DNA from: Heptranchias perlo
Lineage: Eukaryota
DNA length: 64,000 nt
Assembly (NCBI RefSeq): GCF_035084215.1
Contig: NC_090341.1
Coordinates: 28,334,001-28,398,000 of the forward strand
Direction of reading: 5' to 3'
The notes below the pieces were generated by a model. The model did no database searches. It had not been told where the DNA came from and saw only the letters and a list, made by a program, of their open reading frames with translations. A program made the position numbers and the translations under genes. The number at the start of each line of letters is the position of its first letter. Positions within the stretch are counted from its first letter, which is position 1. Below, in pieces: positions 1 through 12,349 of the stretch.

Positions 1-878
1 GGAGGACGCAAAGAGACTGCAAAGGGATATAGGCAGGATAAGTGAGTGGGCAAGAAGGTGGCAAATGGAGTATAATATGGGGAAATGTGAAATTATCCAC
101 TTTGGCAGGAAGAATAGAAAAGCAGAATATTGTTTAAAAGGTGAGAGACTAAGAAATGTTGGTCGTCACAGGGATTTGGGTGTCCTTGTACATGAATCAC
201 AGAAAGTTAACATGCAGGTATAGCAAGCAATTAGGAAGGCAAATGGTGTGTTAGCCTTTATTGAAAGGAGGTTTGAGTACAAAAATAATGAGGTCTTGCT
301 GCAATTATATAGGGCTCTGGTGAGACCACACCTGGAGTATTGTGTACAGTTTTGGTCTCCTTATCTAAGGAAGGACATACTTGCCTTAGATGGGGTGCAA
401 CGAAGGTTCACTAGATTGATTCCTGAGATGAGAGGGTTGTCCCATGAGGAGGGATTGAGTAGATTGGGCCTATATTCTTTGGAGTTTAGAAGAATGAGAG
501 GCGATCTCATTGAAACATATAAAATTCTTAGAGGGCTTGATGGTAAATGCTGAGAGACTGTTTCCCCTGACTGGCGAGTGTAGGACTCGAGGTCATAGTC
601 TCAAGATAATAGACGGCCATTTAGGAACGAGATTAGGAAAAATTTCCTCACTCAGAGGGTTGTGAATCTTTGGAATTCTCTACCCTAGAGTGCCGTTGAT
701 GCTTAGTCGTTGAGTATATTCAAGACGAAGATCGATGGATATTTGGACACGAAGGGAATCAAGGGATATGGGGATAGGGTGGGAAAATGGAATTGAGGTA
801 GAAGATCAGCCATGATCTTATTGATTGGCAGAGCAGGCTCAAGGGGCCATATGGCCTACTCCTGCTCCTAATTCTTAT
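1..878 (+). mobile_element. CR1 LINE 3' fragment (RT C-terminus and 3' UTR), cut by the window edge
   Basis: ORF 248-553 [20 protein letters not shown]...RRMRGDLIETYKI; CR1 3' UTR ending cctaattcttatg. Confidence 0.92.
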
Positions 879-881
879 GCA

Positions 882-1050
882 CTTAAGAGGAAGCTAGATA
901 AGCACGTGAGGGAGAAAGGAATAAAGAGTATGATGATAGGGTTAGATGAAGTAGGGAGGGAGGAGGCTCGTGTGGAGTATAAACGCTGGCATAGACCAGT
1001 TAGGCCGAGTGGCCTGTTTTTGTGCTGTAGATTCAATGTAAGTCAATGTA
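882..1050 (+). mobile_element. Short 3'-end fragment of a second CR1 family
   Basis: gggagggaggaggctcgtgtggag...ggcctgtttttgtgctgtagattcaatgtaa; the same 3' UTR occurs inverted near 30160, 38370 and 62975. Confidence 0.7.
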
Positions 1051-1873
1051 ATACAAGCAAAAACTTTAAGAATTGGTCATTGGACTTTGCAAGTTCACAA
1101 TAAATGACAAAAGAAGTTTAGCAGCATTCAGTGGAAACAAGCACTCTCTCAGAATAATACGTACAGCTTCCAATACAAATCATTTTAAAGAAGATTGTTT
1201 CACTAAATCCAAGATAATATGGTTCTAATTTAACAGAATGATTTAATGGCCTTACAGAAACTGGTACTTGAACTTAAAAAATTCTATAATTGAAAAACAT
1301 TCATAGTAGTGGAAGTTAGGTAAGTATTATGCATTAGAAGTTACCCATTGTTCATAATCTTGATTTTAAATGCCAATTGAACTACCAGTGGGTCCTGGTA
1401 CTGAAGATACAGCAGATTTCTCAGCAATCATTATTTTTCCATTTGCAACAACGGTATCACAGAGCTAGGATAGTAATTCTTCAGGCATGAATTATTGTGT
1501 TAAATGATTGAAAGTAGGATAAAGTTAGAAATCCCATGTAAGTCAGTTGTACCTTTTTTTAAAAAAAGGGAATAAGTGCCAGCAGATCTATAAAGCAATA
1601 ATCAGGGTCAAACACATTGGCCCCGATATTAGCGGGGAGGCGGGATGGCAGCCAGGTCGGGGGGTGATTGGGCACGTGGGGAACCAGCCCAATAAAATCT
1701 GTCCGCAATCGCGGGTCAATTGGAACCACTTAACGTGGTTTCCAGGTTTACCATCCGAAAGCTGCGCAGTGGGCAGATTGCTCACCCGCATCACAGGCTG
1801 TCAGCTGGAGGAGCTCTACTTAAAGGGGCAGTCCTCCAATGGCTGCTCCTGGAGCAAACACCCACTCAGCACA

Positions 1874-3721
1874 ATGGAGCAGCACAGGGGAAAGGCTGCT
1901 TCTCAATTTAGTGATGCCTCACTCCAGGTGCTACTGGATAGGGTGAGGAGGAGGTGGAATGTCTTCTACCCGGCACCAAGAAGATCTGGCTCGAGGTAGC
2001 AGAGGAGGTCACCAGCAGCAGCAACATCTCGCGCACCTGGATCCAGTACAGGAAGCGCTTCAATGACCTAACTAGATCAGCCAAAGTGAGTACACTTACT
2101 CATTTTCCTACATTCCGTCTTCAACATCACCGCCCCCTCCCCCCAACTCATTCTGCACTGCCAACACAACTCTATCACATCACTCCTCACACCCACTCAA
2201 ACCTCATCCTCATCTTACCTGCACTTCCTCACCTCCCCATTGCTCACCCCACCACTACCACTCAACCCAATCCTCATACAACGTCATGGCTCTGTCTCAT
2301 ACTCACCCTCTGATCCATCTCTTTCAGGGTCAGCCGTACCCAAACCAATCCATTCATCGGTTGGCCATGTCACCATCACTCACTCATGCATCTGTACTTT
2401 CTCTCCTTATAGGAGAAGAGAGCCCAGAATGCACGGGAGAGGGCAAGGATCGGAGGGGGCCGCAACAGATCGTTGTCCTCACAGACGCGGAACAGGAGGC
2501 TCTGGACCTGAGCCGCACCCTCGAGTGCCTGTCCCTCGGGGACGCCGAGACTGGCACCCAACAAACGTCTGGTGACAGAAGTTTAACATTCAGCACACAC
2601 AATATGAATTAATGTTAACATGCCTTCTTCAGCACCTCAGTATGCTCATCACAACATGACACATCTGTGATCATGCTTAACATTGCTTTCTGTTCTCTTA
2701 CAGGGCCTTCAGCGACCGCTGTGATGGCAGAGGGCGATTCCTCAGAGGATGTGCCGGCCTCTGAGGTTGCACTGTCACATCTGAGCGAGCCATTCACCAG
2801 CGCAGATACACACACTTCGGTAGGTCCCAGTCCGCAGTTAGATGAGGTCGCACGTGGGAGTTACCACACACGTCAGCACAAGCAGACACTGGTGGCAGGG
2901 CCAGCTGTGGAGACTCCTCGTCGGTGGGAGCGTTCTTCTCCAGGCTCTGCTCAGCTGGACATAGAAGCTGAACCCTGGAGGCCATCCTTCAAAAGGACAA
3001 TGATCGAGGGGCAGCAGCACTTTTGCGAGGTGCTGGAACAGGTGCCACGTGCACTCTCCACAATCGTGCAGAGGATGGAGGAGTCCAACTCCTGCATGAG
3101 TGGAATGGTAGCACAGGCACGGGAGGGAATCTCAGATACTGCCACAGGGACGTGAGGGCATCTCTGAGATAGTGTCGCGGGTAAATGCAGGAACGTCTGC
3201 AATGGAGGGAAGGCTAGCCTCCATGGAGCTTCAAGCATAGCTCGCAAATGACTCCATTGAGGCCCTGACAGTGACCGTTCGGACTAAGGGTGAACAACTT
3301 TCTGCCGCCTTAAACAGGCAGGCAAATACACTAGCACTGGCCTTACAAGGTTTCACACATGTCCTCCAAACTGTCGTCCAGCAGAGTGGTGTGGGCCTGG
3401 CCCAGGGGAGGGATGATGGCAAAAGGGGACATGGAAGTGGGGACGCCACTCAAAGCACCCCCACGTCTCACCCGTTGCCCTCCCTCTCAACCAGTACCCG
3501 CAATGCTGCCTCCTCTCCAGGTGGTCGAGTCTGCCCCTGCACAGGTGCAGGCGGAGCAGTCTTTGGAGGAGCCCTCCCAGACACCAAAACCCAGAGGGCG
3601 TAGGTCCAAAGCATCTAATCGGTCAGGGCATAAACAAGAACGACCTGCCACTACCTCTGCTGCAGCCACAGGGGATCTACCATGTAGAAGTAGTCGGAAG
3701 CAAAAAGCAAAGGTTTTGTAA
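1874..3721 (+). pseudogene. Harbinger Myb/SANT (trihelix-like) DNA-binding gene with 3 exons (1874-2085, 2413-2571, 2704-~3721), frameshifted
   Basis: MEQHRGKAASQFSDASLQVLL...KKIWLEVAEEVTSSSNISRTWIQYRKRFNDLTRSAK|gtgag; ccttatag|EKRAQNARERARIGG..PQQIVVLTDAEQEAL...QTS|gtgaca; cttacag|GPSATAV. Frameshifts and a premature stop near 3153. Confidence 0.8.
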
Positions 3722-4001
3722 GCACGAAGGGGATGCACAAGGGGTTTGACAGTTGGTCATGTTTTTTATTTATGTTTGCTTTTTGTTAAACTAAACATTA
3801 CTGCCACATCTTGGCCAAGCTTGACTGGCTTCTGCAATAAGACCCTTTCACGAGGTTCACCGTGAACGCCGATACTTGATGCCACCCACTGAATCACTCT
3901 ACAGTGGCTGTATGTGTAGCTGCAGGACTGTTTTGTGCAGGGAGGGAGGGGGTGCTGCTCTATCCAGGTGGTGAGGACTGCACTCATCATACTGTCTGAT
4001 G

Positions 4002-5647
4002 TTAGGAGAACCGTTCACATATCAGTGATTCCCTGGCCTCATGAGCAGCCAGGTGAGCTGCTGTTCTGCCCATGGGTTGCTCCAACTCCTCCTCCTCCAC
4101 CACCTCCTCCTCAATGTGGGTGGCAGATGTGGATGGGGCCTCCTCAAGCAGCACCCCTCTCTGTTGTGCTATGTTGTGCAGGGCGCAACACACGACTATA
4201 ATGCCTCCCACTCTGTCTGGTGCGTATTGAAGCGCTCCCCCAAAACGATCAAGCCACCTGAAGTGCATCTTGAGCAGTCCTAGAGCATGCTCAATTGTAG
4301 ACCTGCTGGCGATATGGCTGTCGTTCTATCGACGATGTTGGTTAGTGATGGGGGTTCCTCAGAGGTGTTATGAGCCACGTGTGCAGGGGGTATCCCTTGT
4401 CCCCGAGGAGCCAGCCCTTATGGGTGGTCGGTACGTGGAAGAGGGGCGGGATGTTGGATTCCTGGAGGATGAAGGAATCGTGGCAGCTGCCAGGGTATCT
4501 GCCGCATACGTGAAGGAATCTCTTGCGGTGGTCACAAACAAGCTGAGTGTTGGTGAACAGTCTTGGCTCGTGTGGAGGTGCTCACATTGCTATATGGGTG
4601 CAATCGATTACACCATGCACCCGTGGAAGCCAGCCACAGCGTGGAATCCCACTGCCCTCTCCGTCTGGCTGAGGTCATCCATGGGGAAGTTGACATAGTG
4701 CAAGGCCCTGCGAAACAAGCTATCGGTGACCTGCCTATTCACTTGTGTGCAGACAACTGAGAGACCCCGACGATGTCCCCGGTGGCACCATGGAATGATC
4801 CGGAGGCGAAGTAGTTCGACACCATCCAGGACAAAGCAGCCTGCTTGATTGGCACCTCATCCACCACCCGAAACATTCACTCCCTTCACCACCTGCGCAC
4901 TGTGGCTGCAGTGTGTACCATCCACAAGATGTACTGCAGCAACTTGCCAAGGCTTCTTCGACAGCACCTCCCAAACCTGCGACCTCTACCACCTAGAAGC
5001 ACAAGGGCTGCAGGCACATGGGAACAACAACACCTGCACGTTCCCCTCCAAGTCACACACCATCCCAACTTGGAAATATATTGCCATTCCTTCATCGTCG
5101 CTGGGTCAAAATCCTGGAACTCCCTTCCTAACAGCACTGTGGGAGAACCTTCACCACACAGACTGCAGCGGTTCAAGATGGCGGCTCACCACCACCTTCT
5201 CAAGGGCAATTAGGGATAGGCAATAAATGCTGGCCTCACCAGCGACACCCACATCCCATGAACGAATAGAAAAGAAAGTTGAGGGCAGTGGTGACTTTGA
5301 CAGCGACAGGTAAGGAGATGCTGCTCGGCCGAGCAGGGAGTAGCTCGGCATGAAGGAGGCTGCAGATGTCTGCAACTACTTGGCGACTGACTCTGAGCCT
5401 CCGTATGCACTGCTCTTCAGAAAGGTCCAGGAAGCTGAGCCTCGGTCTGTAGACCCTGTTGCGAGGGTAGTGCCTCCTGTGACGTCGCTCTCTGTTGTTG
5501 CCCTCCGTGCTCTTGTGCAGGTGCCTGTGGCGCAGCACTGTATTGTGGAGCTCCACCTTGCGGTGGTGGACGCCTGCCTGACGAAGCTGGTGATGTTGCT
5601 CGTCCTCGGATGAAGTGGTGAATGCAGCCACGGCACCCCCCCGCCAT
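4002..5647 (-). pseudogene. Harbinger DDE transposase (HARBI1-like), interrupted by a LINE fragment
   Basis: RVYRPRLSFLDLSEEQCIRRLRVSR...VAVKVTTALNF/FASGSF; catalytic motifs VIDCTHI, LGDKGYP and IEHALGLLKMHFRWLD; C-terminal CCALHNIA. Confidence 0.9.
4817..5273 (+). mobile_element. Family B LINE 3' fragment inserted in the Harbinger transposase
   Basis: DTIQDKAA..IGTSSTTRNIHSLHH...SKSWNSLPNSTV, 3' UTR gggcaattagggataggcaataaatgctggcc and A-rich tail. Degenerate target duplication gaagtagtt / aagaaagtt. Confidence 0.88.
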
Positions 5648-6634
5648 CCTGACGGTGTGAGTTTGAGGGGATCCATAAAGTAGTTAAATATGTTTGCGCA
5701 GCAGAGTTTTGGGTGGAAAGTAAGAATTTTGAGTGAAAACACAAAGGTCTTGCAGCCAAAACTTTGTCTGAAGTGACAGAGTGCCCTGTTGCAATAAATG
5801 ATGTTTTCTCCCCACCTGTCAAATAAGTATTTGCATCTCCCACTGGCTGCTGGCTGAAACACATCTGTTGCAACACGGAGTGTTTCCCACAGCACGGGGA
5901 ACATGCTGAGGATGCTTCAAAATTGCACCCCTGCCAAATGTCTAGTCAATCAAGTAGTTCAAGTACCTCAACTATCGGACAAACCATGCAAATTATCATC
6001 CCACCGGCTTTAATTGCAGGTGGGACTCCCACATTCGGGAGGTGTGCACACACCCGAACGTGTCACTGGGGAACCCGAAAGTCAGCGGATAGGAGCTGGG
6101 CTCCGAACCCGCTCGGCATTTTAGCGATTTTCGGAGCCCCCCCACCCCCAACGCACCCGCTCTATCACCCGAGAATCAACCCCTCGGATGGAAAGTTAAT
6201 GGATGGACGCTGAGGAAAAATTAAGGTTGTCAGAAATAAAACTAACACTATCAGTGTGCATCAAATTCTGCCTGCTACAATAATCAATCCCAAGTAATTC
6301 ACAGCAAACGTCTACAATTTCAAATCAATTCAAGTTACAGATTTTGAGGGAGAAATTGGGCCTTGTAATCAAGGTGGCCCCAGATTTGCGCCAAAAGTGC
6401 ATCATACACGATTTTTGGTTCATGCACCCCTTAGTTATCCCAGGTGCCTGCCTAAAATAAATGTTCAACCAGTTAAAATATTTAAATCAGGGTCCTTCGC
6501 CTGTTTCAGGACCCTTCCATGGAACTGGTCTGTGGCAGTGCCTGATTTGCTAATTCTTAAGCCCACCCAACAAACCATGGCAGAAAGAGTCAGGAAGCAG
6601 AATTGAGAATCGCTATTTAAAAGGGATCCTCACT

Positions 6635-8949
6635 TAGAATCATAGAATCATAGAAGTTTACAACATGGAAACAGGCCCTTCGGCCCAACATGTGCATGTT
6701 GCCCAGTTTATACCACTAAGCTAGTCCCAATTGCCTGCACTTGGCCCATATCCCTCTATACCCATCTTACCCATGTAACTGTCCAAATGCTTTTTAAAAG
6801 ACAAAATTGTACCCGCCTCTACTACTGCCTCTGGCAGCTCGTTCCAGAAACTCACCAACCTTTGAGTGAAAAAATTGCCCCTCTGGACCCTTTTGTATCT
6901 CTCCCCTCTCACCTTAAATCTATGCCTCCTCGTTATAGACTCCCCTACCTTTGGGAAAAGATTTTGACTATCGACCTTATCTATGCCCCTCATTATTTTA
7001 TAAACTTCTATAAGATCACCCCAAAACCTCCTACTCTCCAGGGAAAAAAGTCTCAGTCTATCCAACCTCTCCCTATAAGTCAAACCATCAAGTCCCGGTA
7101 GCATCCTAGTAAATCTTTTCTGCACTCTTTCTAGTTTAATAATATCCTTTCTATAATAGGGTGACCAGAACTGTACACAGTATTCCAAGTGTGGCCTTAC
7201 TAATGTCTTGTACAACTTCAACAAGACATCCCAACTCCTGTATTCAATGTTCTGACCAATGAAACCAAGCATGCCGAATGCCGCCTTCACCACCCTATCC
7301 ACCTGTGACTCCACTTTCAAGGAGCTATGAACCTGTACTCCAAGATCTCTTGGTTCTATAACTCTCCCCAACGCCCTACCATTAACAGAGTAGGTCCTGG
7401 CCCGATTTGATCTACCAAAATGCATCACCTCACATTTATCTAAATTAAACTCCATCTGCCATTCATCGGCCCACTGGCCCAATTTATCAAGATCCCGTTG
7501 CAATCCTAGATAACCTTCTTCACTGTCCACAATGCCACCAATCTTGGTGTCATCTGCAAACTTACTAACCATGCCTCTTAAATTCTCATCCAAATCATTA
7601 ATATAAATAACAAATAACAGCGGACCCAGCACCGATCCCTGAGGCACACCGCTGGTCACAGGCCTCCAGTTTGAAAAACAACCCTCTACAACCACCCTCT
7701 GTCTTCTGTCGTCAATCCAATTTTGTATCCAATTGGCTACCTCACCTTGTATCCCGTGAGATCTAACCTTATGTAACAACCTACCATGCGGTACCTTGTC
7801 AAAGGCTTTGCTAAAGTCCATGTAGACCACGTTTACTGCACAGCCCTCATCTGTCTTCTTGGTTACCCCTTCAAAAAACTCAATCAAATTTGTGAGACAT
7901 GATTTTCCTCTCACAAAACCATGCTGACTGTTCCTAACCAGTCCCTGCCTCTCCAAATGCCCGTAGATCCTGTTTCTCAGAATACCCTCTGTAGATGTCA
8001 GGCTCACCGGTCTGTAGTTCCCAGGCTTTTCCCTGCCTCCCTTCTTAAACAAAGGCACAACATTTGCTACCCTGGGCCAGACCTATCATTCTCCATAGCT
8101 ATCCTAAAACTAATGGAATTATGATCACTGGTCCCAAAGTGATCCCTCACTAACACTTCTGTCACCTGCCCTTCATTATTTCCCAAGAGGAGGTCAAGTT
8201 TTGCCCCCTCTCTAGTCGGGCCATCCACATACTGAATGAGAAATTCCTCCTGAATACACTCAACAAATTTCTCTCCATCCAAGCCCCTAATGCTATGGCT
8301 GTCCCAGTCAATGTTGGGAAAGTTAAAGTCCCCTACTATTACCACCCTATTTTTCTTGCAGCTGTCTGTAATCTCCTTACATATTTGCTCCTCAATTTCC
8401 CGTTGACTATTTGGGGGTCTGTAGTACAATCCTATCAACGTGATCTCTCCCTTCTTATTTTTCAGTTCTACCCATATAGACTCCGTGGGCGAACCCTCGG
8501 ATGTATCCTCTCTCACTACTGCCATGATGTTCTCCCTAATCAAGAACGCAACTCCCCCTCCTCTCTTACCTCCTGCTCTATCTTTCCTATAGCATCTGTA
8601 CCCTGGAATATTGAGCTGCCAGTCCTGCCCCTCCCTTAGCCATGTTTCAGTAATAGCTATAACATCCCAGTCCCATGTGCCCATCCATGCCCTGAGTTCA
8701 TCTGCCTTGCCCATCAGACTTCTTGCATTGAAATAAATGCAGTTTAATCTAGACTTCCCTTGGTGTTTGCCCTGCTTTCTCAGACCATCTGTCCGGTCAT
8801 GTTTTGTACACTCTCCCTTACTGCCTTTTGTTTCTGTCACCACTTTACTTCCCACTGACTTCCTGCATCGGTTCCCATCCCCCTGCCACTTTAGTTTAAA
8901 CCCTCCCCAACAGCACTAGCAAACACTCCCCCTAGGACATTGGTTCCAG
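6635..8949 (-). mobile_element. Young CR1 LINE with end of ORF1, APE endonuclease (8067-8855) and RT (6721-8058), internally deleted
   Basis: YFNARSL, ITETWL, GDFN, SDH endonuclease motifs; QHGF, DFSKAFD, GVPQGSVLGP, KFADD RT motifs; (ATTCTATG)n tail. The linker between APE and RT is missing. Confidence 0.95.
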
Positions 8950-9079
8950 ACTTCCATTAAGATAAGTCATTTTAGGCTGCTTGTGGGCCTTTTTTGGTTG
9001 TTTTGACTGCAGTAGCAGTGCTTAAAAATTTGTTAGCACAATTATTTTTATAACGGTGTTCCGCCGGGTTTACCATTGG

Positions 9080-9890
9080 AGCTGGAACATGAGGACGAGC
9101 AGCAACAGCAAGGAAAGTGCGCAGACCAGGAGATGCTGGTAAAAAAGGGTGAAGGAGGGAGGGCGTAGGAAGCCGTACACCATGCGTGTGTATAGGAACT
9201 GCATTTCCTACCTGAACCTGATTCAGGAGCAGTGTACGAGGCACCTCTGCTTCACGAGGGATGCTGTCACTGAACTGTGTCACCTGTTGCAGACCAACTA
9301 GAATCCTGCACCAGGGCATAGACAACCCTGTGGCTGTTAAAGTGATGGTGGCCCTTAATTTCTAACAGGGTCATTTCAGTTTGCAATCCACTGCTTCATC
9401 AGGGATGTGATGGAAGCGCTTTACTCCAAGAGGAACCAATTCATCTCGTTCCCAATGGAGGCAGCAAAGCAACAGAAAGAGCTGTGGGCTTCAACAGGAT
9501 AGCAGGCTTCCCACAGGCGCAAGGCACCATTGACTGCACGTATATTGCCTTGGGTGTTTCACGTGAAGAGCCAGGGATATAAGTGAACAGGAAGGATTCC
9601 ACTCCCTGAATGTCCACCTCTTGTGCGCATGGTTTCTTGGCAATGGTCATGATGCCTTTATCCTGCAGCAGTCCTCAATACCAACCCCCTTTTCCACCCA
9701 GACCTTTGGGTGTCAGGTTGGCTGGTTGGGGACAAGGGGTTTACCCTGACCACCTGGCTCATGACTCCTATCAGGAACCTGAGCACAGATGCTAAGGAGC
9801 GCTACAAACAGAGACATGTTTCCACCAGAGTCCTGATAGAACAAACCATCAGCCTTCTAAAGCAGAGGTTCTGCTGCTTGGACAAGTCTG
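9080..9890 (+). pseudogene. Degenerate Harbinger transposase
   Basis: RKPYTMRVYRNCISYLNLIQEQCTRHLCF, GFPQAQGTIDCTYI, NRKGFHSLN, WLVGDKGF, IEQTISLLKQRFCCLDKSG. Confidence 0.85.
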
Positions 9891-10542
9891 GACAGGTTTT
9901 AAGCAGAGTCTTAAAGGAGAGGTGGAGGCGAAGAGGTTTAGGGAGGGAATTCCAGAGCTTAGGGCCTAAGCAGCTAAAGGCACAGCCGCCAATGGTGGGG
10001 GATGCACAAGAGGCTAGCGTAATAGGAACGTAGAGTTCTCGGAGGATTATCAGACTGGAGGTAGTTAGAGATAGGGAGGGGCGAGGCCATGGAGGGATTT
10101 GAACATGAGGATAAGAATTTTAAAATCGAGGCATTGGTGGACCAGGAGCCAATGTGGGTCAGTGAGCACAGGGGTGATTGGTGAATGGAACTTGGTGTGA
10201 GTTAGGATTTGGGCAGCAGAGTTTTGGATGAGCTCAGGTTTACGGAGGGTGGAAGATGGGAGACTGGCCTGGAGAGCATTGAAATAGTTGAGTCTGAAGG
10301 TAACAAAAAGCATGAATGAGGGTTTCAGCAGCAGATGGGCTGAAGTAGGGGCGGAGACGGGCAATATTATGGAGATGTAAGTGGTCAGTCTTTGTGATGG
10401 AGAGGATATGGGGTGAGCTCAGGATCAAATAGTTTGTTGAGGTTGTGAACAGTCTGGTTCAGCCTCAGATGGTGGCCAGGGAGGGGGATGGAATCGGTGG
10501 TTAGAGAACAGAGTTTATGGCGGCGGCCGAGGATAATGGTTT
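9891..10542 (-). mobile_element. L2 LINE 3' part
   Basis: ORF 10065-10364: LIQNSAAQILT...HSPITPVLTDPHWL...FKILILMFKSLHGLAPPYL. Confidence 0.88.
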
Positions 10543-11900
10543 CATGAATGCCTTCAAAGTGTACACTTCCTTGGATGATGCACTCACATCACTATGAATG
10601 TTAAGACCAACAGCTAAGTTAAGAAAAAGCCAAAAACACCAAGATACTTAATTTCATACTATCAAAAATTACCAATTGAGAATTGAAAATTGCCTTTGTC
10701 CTTGTATGAAGCCCTAGTTTCTGACTTCCGTACCCTTTTGCTTAATCTGATGCTCCTACAAGATAGTTCCCCTTTGGCTACAGCTTAGGAGGCGGAATGC
10801 TGCTGAACTTCCACTGATCCACTGAGGGCATTTGCGATGGCTGTGGTGGACAACCTGGACGAGCTCCAGCCATAGAGGGCCCGGCTGCAGACTGGAGCAT
10901 CTTGGCACCAGCCAGGGCAATCTGGCCCAGCTGGCTGACCAGAACAACAAGGGCACTGGCTGAGAGGCTGGCAGGGAGCAGGGTACTATCACCCTGAGAA
11001 AGGACAGCATGTGCCTCTTCCATGGTGGCACTACTACTCTCACAGGGCTGAGCCTCAGCACTCCCACCACCTGCAGGGCAACTGAATACAGGAATGATGT
11101 GACACTGTCAAAGCCCCTATCCATGATCTCTTTTATGCTTTGAAAGCCAGAGATGATGTGGTGTCTGAGAATCTGGGATCTCATGCTGCACCAACTATTT
11201 CTGCCATTTTCAACGTTCACAATTGAAGGTGTCTGCAGCTAAACTGCACCTTCCCTTTAAATGGCATCAGTAGCGCCCGATATGTGCCCCCCCTCCCCAA
11301 TTAGGTGAGCTGTCAATAAACAGTGCCACGTAGCCTGTTTTAATCAAATGAGGCACAAGCACCAGTATTGCTCATGCCTCGTGCCCACATGTTCAGATGC
11401 AAGGAGCGATTGCTCCACACATTACCCGGCCAATTACCGGCCTGAACGAATTTCTCCTCCTTCATTTTTGTTCAGAACTCTATTACAAATCATCATGTCC
11501 TTCCATAATTTTCACTGAGGTGATCTGTTTTTCCCCCACCAACTCTGTTGATATGACAAATTTTACAAAATTAATTGGAAGTGAAAGATGCATGAATTGT
11601 CAGATTTTTGCTGTCACACACCTCTGATTATACTGTACACTTAATTAGAGCACTAACATATATCCAACTGTGCAATGATCATTTTATTTTAAGCACATGC
11701 TCACTAATTAAACCTGCATAATTAACAGCATTCAGTAAAAAAGTCTATCATTGCACCTCCAAGATCAAAGAGGGCTGTCTGATATTGTAACTCGTAATCA
11801 CAATGACATATGTTCGGCTGAAAGCAACGTAGGCTGTTAGAGGATTAGGTAAATTACCATCATTAAACTGAGGTGATCTGATCAGCTCATAAAACACTAA

Positions 11901-12230
11901 AGGGTCGATATTAACCTTACCTGCCTGACAGATACAGGACGGGCGGGCAGATAAAATGGATGCAGCAACGTACCCCACCAAACCCCCTACCTACCCACGG
12001 ATTGCAGTTTCAACCTGCTCATGAGTAGGCGAGAGGGACGCCCGTCGAAAGACAGCAGATACTTCTTAAAATATGCATACTGGGCTCCGATTACGCTATC
12101 GGGTCCCAACTATAATTTTAACTTGAGACTTGCATGAGGAAGCCATCATGGCTACTCCACCAGACCAACCTGGTGGCCAGACAAGGCCCAGAAAGGTGAG
12201 TTCATTTAATTTTTTTGTTTCCTTATGGTC
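11901..12230. mobile_element. Harbinger-type MITE fragment
   Basis: Starts gggtcgatattaacc, resembling the termini at 1618 and 27241; GC-rich, non-coding. Confidence 0.45.
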
Positions 12231-12240
12231 TAAGCCCCAC

Positions 12241-12330
12241 AGTTCTGATAAAAAGTCAACGACCTGAAACATTAACTCTCTCCACACATGCTGCCTAACC
12301 TGCTGAGTGTTACCAGCATTTTGTATTTTG
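12241..12330 (+). mobile_element. Short repeat with a degenerate hammerhead-ribozyme core (Penelope-like terminus)
   Basis: AGTT-CTGATAA-aaaGTCaacGACct-GAAA-CATT-AACT followed by atgctgcctaacctgctgag. Confidence 0.5.
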
Positions 12331-12349
12331 ATACCATCTATTTCTGCCC

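Larger units (their letters stand above)
1618..6184. mobile_element. PIF/Harbinger DNA transposon, near full length but decayed, with convergent Myb/SANT and DDE transposase genes
   Basis: Myb-like gene on + and HARBI1-like transposase on -; GC-rich subterminal regions. The termini are only weakly complementary (tggccccgatatt...aatcaacccct). Confidence 0.85.
6347..11459. mobile_element. Second, older Harbinger element interrupted by CR1 and L2 insertions
   Basis: Termini agggagaaatt (6347) and aatttctcctc (11459). Transposase remnant on + at ~9080-9890; Myb-like start (MAEIV..PRFSD) on - near 11200. Confidence 0.7.

Noticed and set aside
4002-5904. Domesticated HARBI1 gene
   Set aside because: It has frameshifts, a LINE insertion, a linked Myb gene and other decayed copies in the window, so it is a transposon remnant.
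6787-8919. Plus-strand ORFs opposite the CR1 (and many similar antisense ORFs elsewhere)
   Set aside because: They are shadow ORFs of LINE coding sequence with no independent motifs.
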